From Podarcis liolepis (taxonomy: Eukaryota), in NCBI GenBank assembly GCA_965112155.1, contig OZ218098.1: a DNA stretch of 64,000 nt, one strand, 5' to 3'. Below are positions 11,501 through 24,607 of this stretch, piece after piece (position 1 is the first letter of the stretch; every line of letters starts with the position of its first letter). The notes below the pieces were generated by a model. That model was not told the origin of the DNA. It was given only the letters and a program-made list of their open reading frames with translations, and ran no database searches. The translations under genes and the position numbers were made by a program.

Positions 11501-13589
11501 AAAATTGAACTATAGTTATCTTTTGTTCTCTGCAAGGTACATTATCTCTCTTTCCTGTTTCACCTGACTAATCTGGAGGTATTTGTTCCATCACCTGACT
11601 TAGTGGTTGGCTAGAAATAATAAGACAAAACAATCTGCTATTGTTACATGAGACAACCACCTTTCATGTCCTTGAGCTCACCATGACCTTTCACCCTGCC
11701 TATCCCTCAATGGTCTCTTCTAACAATTAAAACTACACTCAGGCTGAATTCCAGATTGTCATATAAAGAGCCCTGTCCTTTCAAAACAAAACCAATTTTT
11801 ACACCAAGGTGGGGGAGAAACACAAGTCCATTGTTCCCTCACAGATGGAAGTTAGAGTTACTAAGGCAACAGCTCTAATCCTCCTTTTAACCACCTTTTT
11901 CACATCATTGGACTATCAAGTATGCTACCTTTTAACTCATAAGCTCAAAAGCTGGTAGTCTAACTCACTGCTCTAATTAGCTACGATTTTCACAGTACAG
12001 ACAACATGATGAGCTAATCGAAATTTGCAAAATAATGACGTACCTCCAGCAAATATTCCTCCTCCTGAGGCCCAGTCTTAGAATAACAATAATGGGACCA
12101 TTATTAGAGGAGGGCATTAAAATGCTGCACTGCTGCTAAACAGAGAACTTAATTGTTCTGGTCTTGTCCATTGAATCAACAACCTATTGTTGAGAACTTG
12201 AAAAATAAAGGACTAGAGAATGGGTGCCATAATGATTGGTCTGTGCTGCCATACCAGCACTCCGCAGAATTGTTTTTCCTTTTGAAACTCTTGATGGACT
12301 AGTAGTTTTGTTTAAAAGTAATATAAAAGGCAATTGTTTGGGTAAAAAGTCCTATTTATTGAAATCCTTCGAAGCAGTTGCAGGGATTTGCCCCCCCTCC
12401 CCGATCTAAAAAAAAGTGTTCAGACACAAGAATACCATCTGAAGAGGTCTACATTTACGCTAAATATCACTTCTTACCAGGCTACAGTAATGAAGGAGGA
12501 CACTTCCTTAGCCTTCTCTTGGATCAATAAAATGTCAGCTTTTGTAGACCCATTATGGGGTACATCAAACTAAGTGGTAAAATTGGGAAGTTACCAAAGT
12601 TTTCGTCAAAACATTAATAGTAATCTGAAATTACTTAGAACTCACTATTCTTATGAACCGTGAATAAATTCAGACATGGTAAAGTACAGCTTAACTTTCT
12701 CCTGAGAGAACACCATTGAAATTGATGGAAGATATGAAAATGCTTGACCCCTTCCTATTAAAAATAGCTGTATATCAGTTACAGCCAGTGACTAGCAATT
12801 ATTCCTTCAATTTCAGTTCTGTCCTCCATTTATCTATTATTATTATATTTTTAAACCAAGTATTCCCCTGCAAAGTTGCAGAAGAAAGGGAGGGATTGCA
12901 AGGGAGTAACTATGATGCATAGGATAGGTGGGATCCAAAGAGACCTTTGCCCAAGTGGAAGAAGGTACATCTGCTCATGCAAGGAGGAGGGTCTGATATT
13001 TCTGCTAGTTTCCCCCCAGCTACATTCCCCATCCCACACCATCCCAGAGGGTCTCCTGTCACTCAAGAAGGCTGATATTCTATATGTGGCCAATTATATT
13101 TAAAGTATAATAACCAAAATCAATATTAATATGCAAAATTATAAAAATAGGCAAATTGTTCCAACTCTATGCATGATTAAGAACGTTTGAAATTGTCTGA
13201 TGGACTGTAAAGTAGGTAAGCTTAAAATCATTTTCCATTAGTGGATATTTACTGAATCTTTTGAGCAGTTTGGTGATTCACACAATATTTGCTTATTTAT
13301 GTGGAATATGGAAGCCACTGTTTTAATGTGTAGAACACACCACTGTTTATTTTACTCCGTGAGTTTTAATGATCTCCCCAACCTCTTCTTTTCGGCTGTT
13401 GAGGTTGCCAATCTATGCCAATAACAAAAACAGTTTGGGGCATATTGCACACTTTCTCCCACTTCACAGCTGCTCTAATATGAGACCTATTAGGGAGAGA
13501 AGAGCTCCTCCTACCCCAACAGCTGGCCAGCCATGCCCTCTGCAGCATGACTGGGGTCTCTCCAATCTTGCTGGAAGGCATAAGGTTTG

Positions 13590-14185
13590 AAAGGATACGG
13601 CTATCAATGGCTACCATCCACAATAGATATGTTCTACCTCCACTTCGTAGGGACGCCGGTGGCACTGTGGTCTAAACCACAGAGCCTAGGACTTTGCTGA
13701 TCAGAAAGTCGGCGGTTCGAATCCCCGCGATGGGGTGAGGTCCCATTGCTCGGTCCCAGCTCCTGCCAACCTAGCAGTTTGAAAGCACATCAAACTGTAA
13801 GTAGATAAATAGGTACTGCTCCCGTGGGAAGGTAAACGGCGTTTCCGTGCGCTGCTCTGGTTCGCCAGAAGCAGCTTAGTTATGCTGGCCCATGACCCGG
13901 AAGCTGTACACTGGCTCCCTCGGCCAGTAAAGCGAGATGAGCGCCACAACCCCGAGTCGTCCACGACTGGACCTAATGGTCAGGGGTCCCTTTACCTTTA
14001 CCTGTTTACCTCCACTTCACAGGCAGTATGCCTCAGAATACCAGCTGTTAGGAATCACAAGTGGGGAGAGTACAGCTGTGCTCAGGTTCTGCTTATGGGC
14101 ATCCTTCAGCATCTGGCTGGCTATTGTGAGAACAGCATGCTGGACTAGCTAAGCTGTTAGCCTGACTCAGCAGGATTCTTCTTTT
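13590..14185 (+). mobile_element. CR1-type 3' UTR fragment hosting a Sauria SINE
   Basis: CTATCAATGGCTAC...TACCTCCAC | GGCAGTATGC...GTGAGAACAGCATGCTGGACTAG...CCTGACTCAGCAGG..TTCTT, interrupted at 13650-14003. Confidence 0.75.
13650..14003 (+). mobile_element. Sauria SINE, full length
   Basis: tRNA-like head GGGACGCCGGTGGCACTGTGG with GGTTCGAATCCC B-box, AGTAGATAAATAGGTAC core and (ACCTTT)n tail. TSD TACCTCCACTTC at 13635-13646 and 14007-14018. Confidence 0.95.
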
Positions 14186-14326
14186 TCACTTAAATGATAG
14201 GACAAAGCTGGCCACAGATGACTGGGAAGTGGAGGCACAGCAATATACTGAAATATAAGTTACAGTTGTATGGAAAGGGATCCTGACACCCAGGTGAAAT
14301 GTTTGATCACTGTTGAGCATATTTAC

Positions 14327-14328
<2 letters not shown>

Positions 14329-14358
<30 letters not shown>
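14329..14358. repeat. (CA)n microsatellite
   Basis: Directly visible. Confidence 0.97.
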
Positions 14359-14360
<2 letters not shown>

Positions 14361-14364
14361 CCTG

Positions 14365-14469
14365 GATGGTATTCAACCCTAGTCCTAATGAGAGTGGACC
14401 CACACGACTAACTTAGGTTCATTACTTTCAATGGGTTAACTCTGAGTAGGACTAGATTTGGATACCATC
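14365..14469. repeat. Palindromic hairpin repeat (CTACTCAGAGT...TCAATGGG family)
   Basis: About 30-bp inverted arms GATGGTATTCAACCCTAGTCCTAATGAGAGT / ACTCTGAGTAGGACTAGATTTGGATACCATC. Confidence 0.75.
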
Positions 14470-17211
14470 TGCTGTATCGTTATAGTCTGCAAAAATGTAC
14501 AGTGGAAGAAGGTGCCTAGGACTACCTGTAGAAGTTAACTGCCTGAAGTTTATATAAAATATAATTTTGAAATCTTCAGACGTTTAAGTGAAGCAGAAAC
14601 ATGGACATTTGTGAAGTACACAGAAAGGCAAAATAAATAATGTTAGAGGAGGCAACACAAACAGAGAAGGGTTAAATGTGGGAGCTAGCTGAATGTGAAA
14701 GGAGAGGGTGTAAGAAAAGATGGGGGAATGATTTAAGGAGAATGAAGTCCGTATTTTTAATGGAACAGAAATATATTGTAATGGAACAGGGGAAAAACCA
14801 TCTTTGTGGCTGAATGGCTCCTGCTTTTTAAAAATATAGTCATATATTCACATACTGTATCTAACAAATATTCAAAGAGGCTGACTGGGAATAATGGGAA
14901 TTGCAGTCCAAAATATCTGAAGAGCACCAGGTTGAGGAAGGCTACATAAGCCCTCTCATAAAAGGTTTGGTTTTTTGTACTTAATTTGCTCTTCTTTGCG
15001 TACAAGTCTCTGTTTTTATCAGGGTGTTGCATATTGTGCACATTTTTTAAAGCCAGGTACTTTTCTTTTGTAAATTGAAAAAGGAAATATATAATATCAG
15101 AAAGTATTAAACTGTAAACAAGACATCTTGATTTATGCAAGCCTTGCTTTGCTTCATTTATCTTCATCTTGTTAGGCTAAATTAATTAATCTCAGCACTG
15201 TACACTTTCTCTTTTCATTACATCAAATATTATGGCCTGGATATGGGAGGAAGCTCTCACCAGAGGGATTTTAAAACACTACCTCGAGGAAGAGTTTCTA
15301 CGAATGCATAGCTCTAGCAATATTAACCAGATTAGATGCATTAGTTGTATAGAAAGTTTATTAAAGGCAGTATTCCTTGGCTTTAAAATAATTGCATTCC
15401 TGCATTCCCAAAAATATTTCAGAATCTTAAAGTATATCAAAGTAGTTTTTGTTTGTAAAAAATCAAATATTTGGACATTCATTTAAAAATAGGCTAAATA
15501 AATTGACACCACAAGCCTATACATTCTTTAAGCAAATCGTCTTTTTTTACAGTACATCAAATTATGAGGACACAAACAGTTTCAAATTATTTAGGCCACA
15601 TACACTCTATGAGATGAGTGTGTGTTAACACACTTTCACTGTTAATTTATTGATGTAATGAAAGTAATAACTAGATTCTCAGGAAACCTACTTGTCTTGA
15701 TACAGCAAGAAGGGGCACCATGTAAACTGTTCTGCAAGTTTTCCTCTCTTAACTTGCAACAGTAGAGCTTCTGGAGCTATGCAAGTGGACAAAACTGTAA
15801 AGCCTTTTTTAATCTTACCCTGATCAACCAAGCCTCTCTTCCTCCAATCACAGTTTTGTGCGTGATATCTTTCTCCTAGTGTTTCTTATTTAATTAAAAC
15901 AGACACTGACAGAAGGACATGGATTAGGGCTGTAATGATGCATTTACTTAGATTAATCGGAGTCTCCTTTTGGAGTAATGGCTTAAACAAAGAACAAAAG
16001 GGAATTGTTATGAAACAGCCTTTTATCCCAAGCAAAGGTCATATTATGAGGTTTTTAATTTTGTTGGCCTCTGTTACGCTGGGCCTCGCTACTGGAACAT
16101 GAGAAGTGCCCTTTTTTTCTCTTGCAAAGCCCGTTATTATAATATAGTCATTATAGCTGCAAATTAAAATGTCTGATTTTAAAACAGGTTGCTTAGCTTT
16201 CAGAACCCTCTAATTAGCATGTTGTGCATTGTTGTGAAGGAAAGACGACTAAAACACTAATGACCCACTGCCAGGTGACTGCACTACTGCACAAAGTAAT
16301 AAAGACCTTTTTAAAGGAACACAATGAATTATCCAAGATGTGGTCTTCTTCTCTGCACCACTTTATTCATAAAGAATTCATTGCATTCGGTCACATAAGC
16401 AAGTTCGGGAAATATTTCTATGGAAATATTTTTAATACGGGAACTACAAAGAAGACCAGAACCATGCTACGTTGTTAGGGGAGAGCAAGGCAAGCCAATG
16501 CAACAGAAGTCGAAAGCAGAATGAAGAGAGTACATAATCCTAAATATGGCTACTCAGATGGAAATCCCACTTATTTCAATAAGGCTTACTCTTCTCAGCT
16601 AAGTGGATATAGGATTGCAACCCAAAGAGTGCTTTCAGAGAGTTGCACTTCCTGTTGCTGCCACTCTGTGCATAGGTGGGTAACACAGTTCCCCACCTAG
16701 AAAACACTGAAATAATTATAATCTGGATAAGAAAGATAATTTTAGGGAGTCGTGAAGATCCTGGTTGTTTATTACAAACAACTCTCCTACACTGTAGCTG
16801 TTCTAATGAAAAGTGAACCACTCCACTTTAATAAAAACATTAGAGGATTTGATTCTGGATCTCCAACATCACATGTGATCTGATATGTTGGAAGTCCCTT
16901 AAAGACCTATTCCAGATGCACATATGATATCACTTCAGCCTGGCACAAGTGGCTGGCTAGTTCAAGCACTGGCCAAGGCCTCAGGGACTTAGAAGGACCA
17001 CTCACAGGTTTGATCCAGTCACTGGTCATTCACTGTCCTCCATGCAGGGCTTCTGGGTGTTTTGTAGTAGACAGAAGTGCCACTTTTGAATGGTAGCCAA
17101 GCTCAGCTCCCATCCATGGGGGCTGCCTGCCATTAAAGTTACCCAAAATGCAGTGCCCTGCATTTAATAGATCTATTAAATTTATTGATTTTGTAGACCT
17201 GTAGTCCAAGT

Positions 17212-17556
17212 GGGAAGGGTGGCGCTGTGGTCTAAACAACAGAGCCTAGGGCTTGCTGATTGGAAGGTCGGCGGTTTGAATCCCCGCGATGGGGTGAGCT
17301 CCCGTTGCTCAGTCCCAGCTCCTGCCAACCTAGCAGTTCAAAAACACATCAAAGTGCAAGTAGATAAATAGGTACCGCTCTGGCGGGAAGGTAAACAGTG
17401 TTTCCATGTGCTGCTCTGGGGTTGCTGGCCACATGACCCGGAAAAACTGTCTGTGGACAAACATCGGCTCCCCAGCCAGTAAAGCGAGATGAGCGCTGCA
17501 ACCCCAGAGTCGTTCACGACTGGACTTACTGTAACTATCAGGGGTCCTTTACTTTT
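17212..17556 (+). mobile_element. Sauria SINE, full length
   Basis: Same head, core and tail as the 13650 copy. TSD TAGTCCAAGT (17202-17211) / TAGTCCAGGT (17557-17566). Confidence 0.95.
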
Positions 17557-18544
17557 TAGTCCAGGTGGGATGGGAACCAAGCTTGGCTCCCATTCAAAAG
17601 TGCTGCTGCCCATCAACTGTTGAATTATATCCCTGGTAGAGGATGAGAAATGGTGCCAGCCCCAAAACAGCAGCAGAGAAACTTGGGCCCTTCCTGGTTG
17701 AGAGAGTTCCGAAGGGAGGGTTGAAGTCTGACCTTGGCCCTGTATTCCTTTAGCTTCAATGGGGGAGCATTAGAACTGGCCTGATAGCAATAAACAAATA
17801 GTCGTCGTCCCCTTCTAGCAATGAAAAAACAGAGAAATCACTCCATTTGATTCAAAGTAAAGGCAAAGTTGTTTCCATGCACCAAGTTTGCTTCACAGAG
17901 GAATGGAAAGAAAAGTGATTCTTCTGTGGCTTCAACTACTTTAGTTCTCTAGACAAACAAAAGACCTAAATGAAGTGTCTTCTGCTGCAAGTAAAAATTT
18001 GCAACTGTGCTTTATAGACTCCAACAGTATGAAGTCATTTCCTGCCCTACCTAAAACCATTGGCTTTTCCACACTTCTGACATGAAGGATCTGAGTAGAA
18101 CTGAAAAAGCTGCTGCCTTGCAATGCAGTCCTATACATGCCTACTCAGAAGTAAACCTCATTGAGTTCAATGGGACTTGCTCCCCTTGTGATTGGATTGG
18201 ACTTTTAATTTTACTCTCTCTTTTTCTTTTAAAGTGGTGGACATAAACTAAAAGGATTTTTTTTTTTTTTGCCCATGATTATTACTGTCTACTTTCTCAC
18301 AAAATGACATTGCCACCTAACACAGGGCAAAGCTACCTAATGTGCAAACTTGAATACTGCCTGAAGGCACATACCTCTTATTTTCCTAGTCCAAAGCACA
18401 ATTCAGAGTTATGTCATTAATACAAAGTGCTCTCTCTTGCTCTCTCTCTCGCCTCCCCATCCCTTTGTTTTTTCAAGGTGAGCAGTTGAGAGAGAGAGAA
18501 AAACACGCACAGAGAGGGGCACAGCAAAAGAAAACATCAGCTGG

Positions 18545-18943
18545 CAGGGGTGGCCCATCCCATTTCACCACCTGAGGCAAAATGGGAAGGTTTCCCCTGC
18601 CCCAAAGCCTTGCTTACCAGGGTTGCATGGCTGCGGCTTCCAGGTTCCAGCAAGACCTTGCTGGAAACCCAGAAGCCACAGCCACTTCTCCTCGTTTCTT
18701 TAGCAGTGAGGGCAGTGGCAGGGGGTGAGCAGGGCACCTTCTCCCATGGGAGAAGTGAGGAGAAATGGCGGTAGTGGCAAGATCTTGCAATAATTCCATG
18801 GGATCTCACCAGAAGCCACGACCACTTCTCCTTGTTTCTCCAGCAGTAGCAGGGTAGGCAGGGTGCCAGCAGGGATGCTGCTCCTTGAGATTCGGCCTCC
18901 CAACATAGCTGCCTCAGTCTGCCTCATGGGTGGGCCAGCTCTG
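18545..18943. mobile_element. 399-bp GC-rich non-autonomous hAT-like element
   Basis: TIRs CAGGGGTGGCCCATCC versus reverse complement CAGAGCTGGCCCACCC. Degenerate 8-bp TSD TCAGCTGG / TCAGCCAG. Internal direct repeat CCAGAAGCCAC..CCACTTCTCCT.GTTTCT at about 18669 and 18809. Confidence 0.7.
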
Positions 18944-21235
18944 TCAGCCAGAAGATAGTTTGACAAGCATGGGTCAATCGTCACCAAGAAGAGCAGGAAC
19001 AAAGTGAGAAGATGCATGCTAGGCTGAAGAAGACCACCCATCCCCTCAGTTATTCAGCACCAAGGACTTTCCCTGGCAGTATTTTTAAATCTTTCAAGGA
19101 TATAGAGGAATGAACGAAAGCTCATCAGCCACTATCAAGAAGTAACTCTGCTCAAATTGTGTTGTAGAACAGAGGCTAGGAGCCTGCAACAGAATTATGA
19201 AGAACCAGCATACCCATGCCACCTGGTGAGTACTAGAGCAGATTCACATATGCTTTATTTGATGCTCTGCATGTGATGACTTGCAGCTGAATGTGTAAAC
19301 AAACTATACTGGAAAGCATAGTTCTGAAGTTATACAAAAGTTCCATCTGTGGTGTTATCTGCAACAACTCATTCACACTTGCAAGTCATCTCTTAAATGG
19401 TGCTGTTATCAAGTGAATAAGCATGCATGAGTAAAAACCAACCTATAAACTTCAGAAGTGAAATATGAAAACAGAGAACAAGCTAGCAATCTAAAGCCAC
19501 GGATCAAGTATCAAGTATTTCATGAGAAACCAAATCTAAAACATGGCAATACCGAGCCCAAATCATCAAAACATCTACCCTTTCGCTGAATTTAGTGGTA
19601 GAACGGCAGCTAAAGGAATTACAAGAATGGGTCGTAGGATACTGTGTAATGTGAGTGAATGCATTGTGTGCGTAATTCAATATCCACTAGCCTAAGCTAG
19701 CATTCAGAAGGCACATTTTGACTTAATAAATGTCAAATGTTGAAACACACACCACAGTCATTTTAGTAAATAAGTAGAAAAATGTGGGCCAATCCCCCAC
19801 ATGCAATATGAGCATTGGCTTTAAAGTAAGAATTGTTTAGATAGTAAATTAACTGTGTTGCTTAACCTTCCCTGGATAAAAAGCCCTTCCAGGCAATATC
19901 TGTATCCATTCAGCATTAGAACAATGAGCTCCTGCCTGAGCATAGTACTTAGTGTCCTGTGGTTTCTATCGAATATCCATATATTACACCAGTGTACATA
20001 GCACAGTAGCAGTAATTTAAGAGTTCAGCATAGCAGCCTGGCAGGATCAGGCTGGCATAACAGCGGTTAGTGGCATGGTACCACACAAACAGTAGCAAAG
20101 CAGTCATGCAGAGCGTGGAGTCATGCTGGCATGGAACAGAAATAGATACCAAATTGGGTTTGGTATAAGACTGGGCTGTACAACTGCAGCCCTCAGACTT
20201 GTGTTCTTTTATATAGGTCGCCCCTTGATGCAATTCAACCAAGTAGAAACTGATTTACCTAGTGATTATATACATTTGTTATAACCTTTGTTATAACCAT
20301 TGGCCATGCTGGCTAAGGCTGAAGGGAGCTGAAGTCCAACAGTAGCTGGAGACCCCCACATTGACTGCTCCTGGTTATAAGTTCTACATAAAAACAAACA
20401 AATGTGACATTTGCTCAACCTTGCCTATGAGAATGGTCATTAAATGTAGCTCTGAATTTGGTAAAATAACAAACCAAGTATGCACAGTGAAATATAGCAA
20501 TAAAAACTATCACAAAAGAACACCTGAAAGAGCAGCAGGCAGATTTTTAAGAGATTCTTCTAGAGAGACATCATTCAGAGAGACAAGAAGACAGCTTTAA
20601 GGGAAAAGAAGCTTTCCAAATATGGTTGTGGTTAAAGAACATGCTCTTTAAACTGACAGCTAGAATCAACTGCACCTCAGGGGCAAAACACTTCTTGCCC
20701 ACTGAAGCTTTTATTCACTGCTTTACCTTCAGGCAAAAACCAAACAAAACAAAAAACCGAGCAGGATTAGGCCAGTTAAAAAGCATGATCATATGGAAGA
20801 AATCCATACTGCTAAGCAGTGCCTTTGTCATTCATACCCAGTAAGAGATTGTACAAATTTGTTGTAAATAGTTTATATACTTCAGTATATGGTTTTTATG
20901 CAGATGGGAGAATGTTCAATTTTAGCTAAATCTTCTTCATGATGATTAGATGTCTATCAAATGGGGCTGGACTTGCCAGATACAACTGCTAGGCAATGTG
21001 CTGGAGTGCAAAGTGCTTTCTCAGCCTACTCCTTGTTCTGTACAACAAAAAGGAGTTCCTATTCATGTCTGTACAATTCATGTCTGGTTTGGGCTCACCC
21101 CACACACAACTGTACAGGACCTGAATGTACCAATACCTGACACACACAGAAGAACTGGGCACATCCATTGCTTGAATGAAAGAAGAAAATCACAGTAAAC
21201 GAGCTCAAGAAAGTGAGCATATTAAATACCTGTAC

Positions 21236-21372
21236 ATTCTGTCAAATATGGTTCCCTCCAGATATTTTGTAGGTTTCATATCCATCACTCCCAGCCAGCA
21301 TGGCCAATTTTCATGGATGATGGGAGCTGAAGTCCAGCAACATCTGGAGAGCACCAGGGCAGAGAAGACTGG
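21236..21372. mobile_element. hAT/Charlie-like MITE relic
   Basis: Inverted CCCTCCAGAT...CCATCA / TGATGG...CATCTGGAG architecture shared with the 57108 copy. Confidence 0.7.
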
Positions 21373-23121
21373 TGTGTGTTAACAGACTACGCATCTTAAC
21401 ATGAACTGCTTTGTCAATGCTTAGCAGGTTTAGTTTTGGCTGCTTTATCATCAGATGAAATGCAACATAGAAGCGCCTCCAACTAATAAAGGAAGTTGAA
21501 CACAACGTTTCTTTCATGCTGGCACCCACTGACAAAGCAAGATACATTGTCAGCCCTCACTTAGTGAAATGTTTGTGTTGCGAAGCAGCTCAAACAAATG
21601 CTTTTTTCATTTTCATTTAAGATGGCCACCCACTCATGTTTCTCAAAAGCGCAACACACACATTTCGTAATGGAACACAAGTACTTTGGACAAACTACCA
21701 ATGAAGAAAAGTGGAGCTATTTATTTCATCATCAAAGAGACAAATCCGATAATATGCAAGATTGCATTTAATGTATCATGTAAAAAAATAAAAAATAACC
21801 AGCATCACAGAGGCATTATGACCAATGTGTCTGAGAAAGGGTGTTTAAGCAACAAAAGCAGTTCCATTATCAATGTAAGGCCATGGACCCCTTCTGCATC
21901 CCTCCTGGTGCAAACTACAGCTGTAGCAGGAATTTTTTGTTGCGACCATAGTGGGGCGACAGCTAGCCCCCACCCTGTGTACCACAGTCCTGATCACCCC
22001 ACAGCTATTATTTACGAGGAGGGGGTGGGACCTAGACACATTCCATGCAACCACACATTTAACGTATCATTTAGTTCAGCCCTAATTTATTTTGCCAAAT
22101 AACCAAAATTGGTTGAACTGAATGCTGGTGCCATCATATTCTCACTACTCGGTTTTTCTTCCTAGTCACAGAACATGAGCAACCATACAACAACATTATG
22201 AAATCCTTGGGAAGAAAATGGCCATTCAGATTGTACAATCATGCCACCATACTCTCTTCTCCCCATCATATCCCTTTAGAATCTCTGTATGAAATATGAT
22301 GAACTCACAGGTATCGTTATCAAATTTATGGTATAAGTTCACTGCATTCCATGATATGTCTCATAGTTGTTTGCCCTGCAGTAGGAAAAATTTGCATAGA
22401 GTTTAAATGTACGTGAGGTCTATACAAACTATAGTTAAAACACTATTACACAGTTATATGTTTTTCTGTATGAAACAGTAAAAAAAATATATCCATTTTT
22501 TCTTTTTCTTTAGGGCAACATTTTATTACAATTAAATGAAAGGCTCAGCACCACTACTTCTTTGAAAAGAACCATGCCTAATAATAATAATAATAAAATA
22601 AAAGAGTTTTAGGACATTTAACAGAAAAAGATAAAAGATGCTTATTTCCATAAGGTTATATCAAAATCAAATATGCTTTTTTGATCTTTAAAATGGGAAT
22701 GGTTTCTCTTTCGTAATTCTTCCAGCTGTATACACTTTTGGACAAGCGCTTTGACAGAGAGAGAAAATTGAAGAGCTTAAAAACAAAACAGTTGCCTTTA
22801 GTCTTACCATTTTAAATTTATTTATCTATCTATTTATAAAAAGGAATTCCACTCTCCTCTAGCATTCACCAGTGACCGTCACTGCAGATCCATGCCCCTG
22901 GCTCTGAATCAGAACATGCAGCTCCCCTGAAACCGGAAGGACTGGTGCTTTTACTGACTTTGAAAAGGGGGTAATTGTGAAGGGAAAACACACTTGCATT
23001 CCCATTTCCTTTGAGCTTTGGGGTCATATTCCTTATCAAAGGGAAGCAAGAGCCATCTATACTATGCAACAAATTTAAAGGGGTGGGAAACATAAAAGTA
23101 GGATTGCAGGAGATTAATATA

Positions 23122-23225
23122 CTGTATTTACTCAAATCAAAAGCTCACCTTTTTTGGCTAAATTACATTGTGAAAATTAAGGTGCACATTGGATTAAATG
23201 GTGCATTAGACTTGAGTAAATACGG
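23122..23225. mobile_element. 104-bp Tc2/pogo-type (Tc1/mariner superfamily) MITE
   Basis: TIRs CTGTATTTACTCAAATCAAA versus reverse complement CCGTATTTACTCAAGTCTAA, with TA on both sides (23120-21, 23226-27). Confidence 0.85.
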
Positions 23226-24164
23226 TAATACATGTCACACCAACTTTACACTGATGGAGGAAGATCTGTACATTCACACATGAATCGAAAGATCAAACCA
23301 AACATTTATATTAGAAGGAAGTTCCCTCGAGCATTACTTTTTTAGACTGTTAGCCCTGCTGGGACAGTTATCCTTGTCTATAAAACTACTGCTGGTGCTC
23401 TGTGTTTGGAGCAAGACAGATTTAAGTCAAAATAAGACAATGTTTACACTTAAATGAAATACTATAGAGAATATGAGATATGGGCACACAACACAAAACA
23501 TTATGGAATATAAATACCCACTCAAAGCAAGGCGGCAAATCCAGATGTGGGGAAGCTCATACAGATGGCCAAATTAGCACATAAGGATGTTCTGTTACCC
23601 CAGGGTTGCTGGCTCATCTGTATCATACTGCCAAGTCACAGGAAGATTTTTTTAACCACATATCAGGCTTAGATTTGTGTGGTAAGACGTGCAGCAAAAT
23701 AATCCATTTGCATTGAGGTTGCAACCCCAATCCTACTTATCACTGAACTCAATGGGACCAAATAGACATACATGGGGTTGCACTGGAATGCCTTTCCATT
23801 TGAGTTACTGAAAGAATACAGTTTATTAATATAATGGGATAGCGTGCTCGTTATACAAGCTATTATATACCTTGGCATCTCCCCCACCCAAAATAAAAAT
23901 TAAACAAGTTCTAAAGATCTGGACGCATCCTGTTTACAGTTCCCTCAACAACCACTGAGGCTGACTGTCGCCTTTCCTACAGATGCCGACCCTGGTTGGT
24001 GTCAGTCAGACATAACTACTCAGGATTATTTTATAGAGTTTTCAAGTTATATTACATTTTTAAAAAACCTGCAGCATAATGTCTATAGTCCCCAAAACCA
24101 GGTAGGGTGGCTTCATTTATTCACTTAATATTTTCACACTCTATATATCCCTATCTACCTGGTA

Positions 24165-24380
24165 GTATTCAACTAAATAGAAGTGGAACAATTTCTACTT
24201 GTGCAATGGAACTTTCTCCCTCTCCTGCACCCCTGCTATCCTCAGTTCTGCTCTGGAGGGTTGGTGTGAAACCTAGAACAGATTTAAGGAGTATGGGAGG
24301 AGGTAGAAAAGCTCCATTGCACAAGCAGAAGTCATTCTGCTCACATGAAGGGCTCTTTACTGCTACATTGAACACAGCCC
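24165..24380. repeat. Palindromic dispersed repeat (CTCCAGAGCAGATTT family)
   Basis: Inverted arms TTCTACTTGTGCAATGGAACTTT / AAAGCTCCATTGCACAAGCAGAA. Related pieces near 3975-4105, 37890-37995 and 43110-43295. Confidence 0.65.
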
Positions 24381-24607
24381 ACTGCCTTCCACTATGCATA
24401 CAAAAACATATCCAAATAAATATTTTCCTGTAGCATGGAATATAAGATCCCCAGAAGGAGCCACAGGAAACATCCATATATATACCCTCAGAAGGAGGGC
24501 ACACAAACAAATCTGGTGGCTACATATGGGGTATATGTGTGTTTTAAAACCACACTTACTCAGGAAGAATCCAGTTCAGTTAGGTAAACTTTCAAGGGCA
24601 TTTCTGA

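Noticed and set aside
9858-15876. Other short AG...GT-bounded minus-strand segments (near 9858, 12045, 12479, 15820)
   Set aside because: Such pairs are expected by chance in 64 kb. The peptides are unrecognised and do not chain into a coherent gene.
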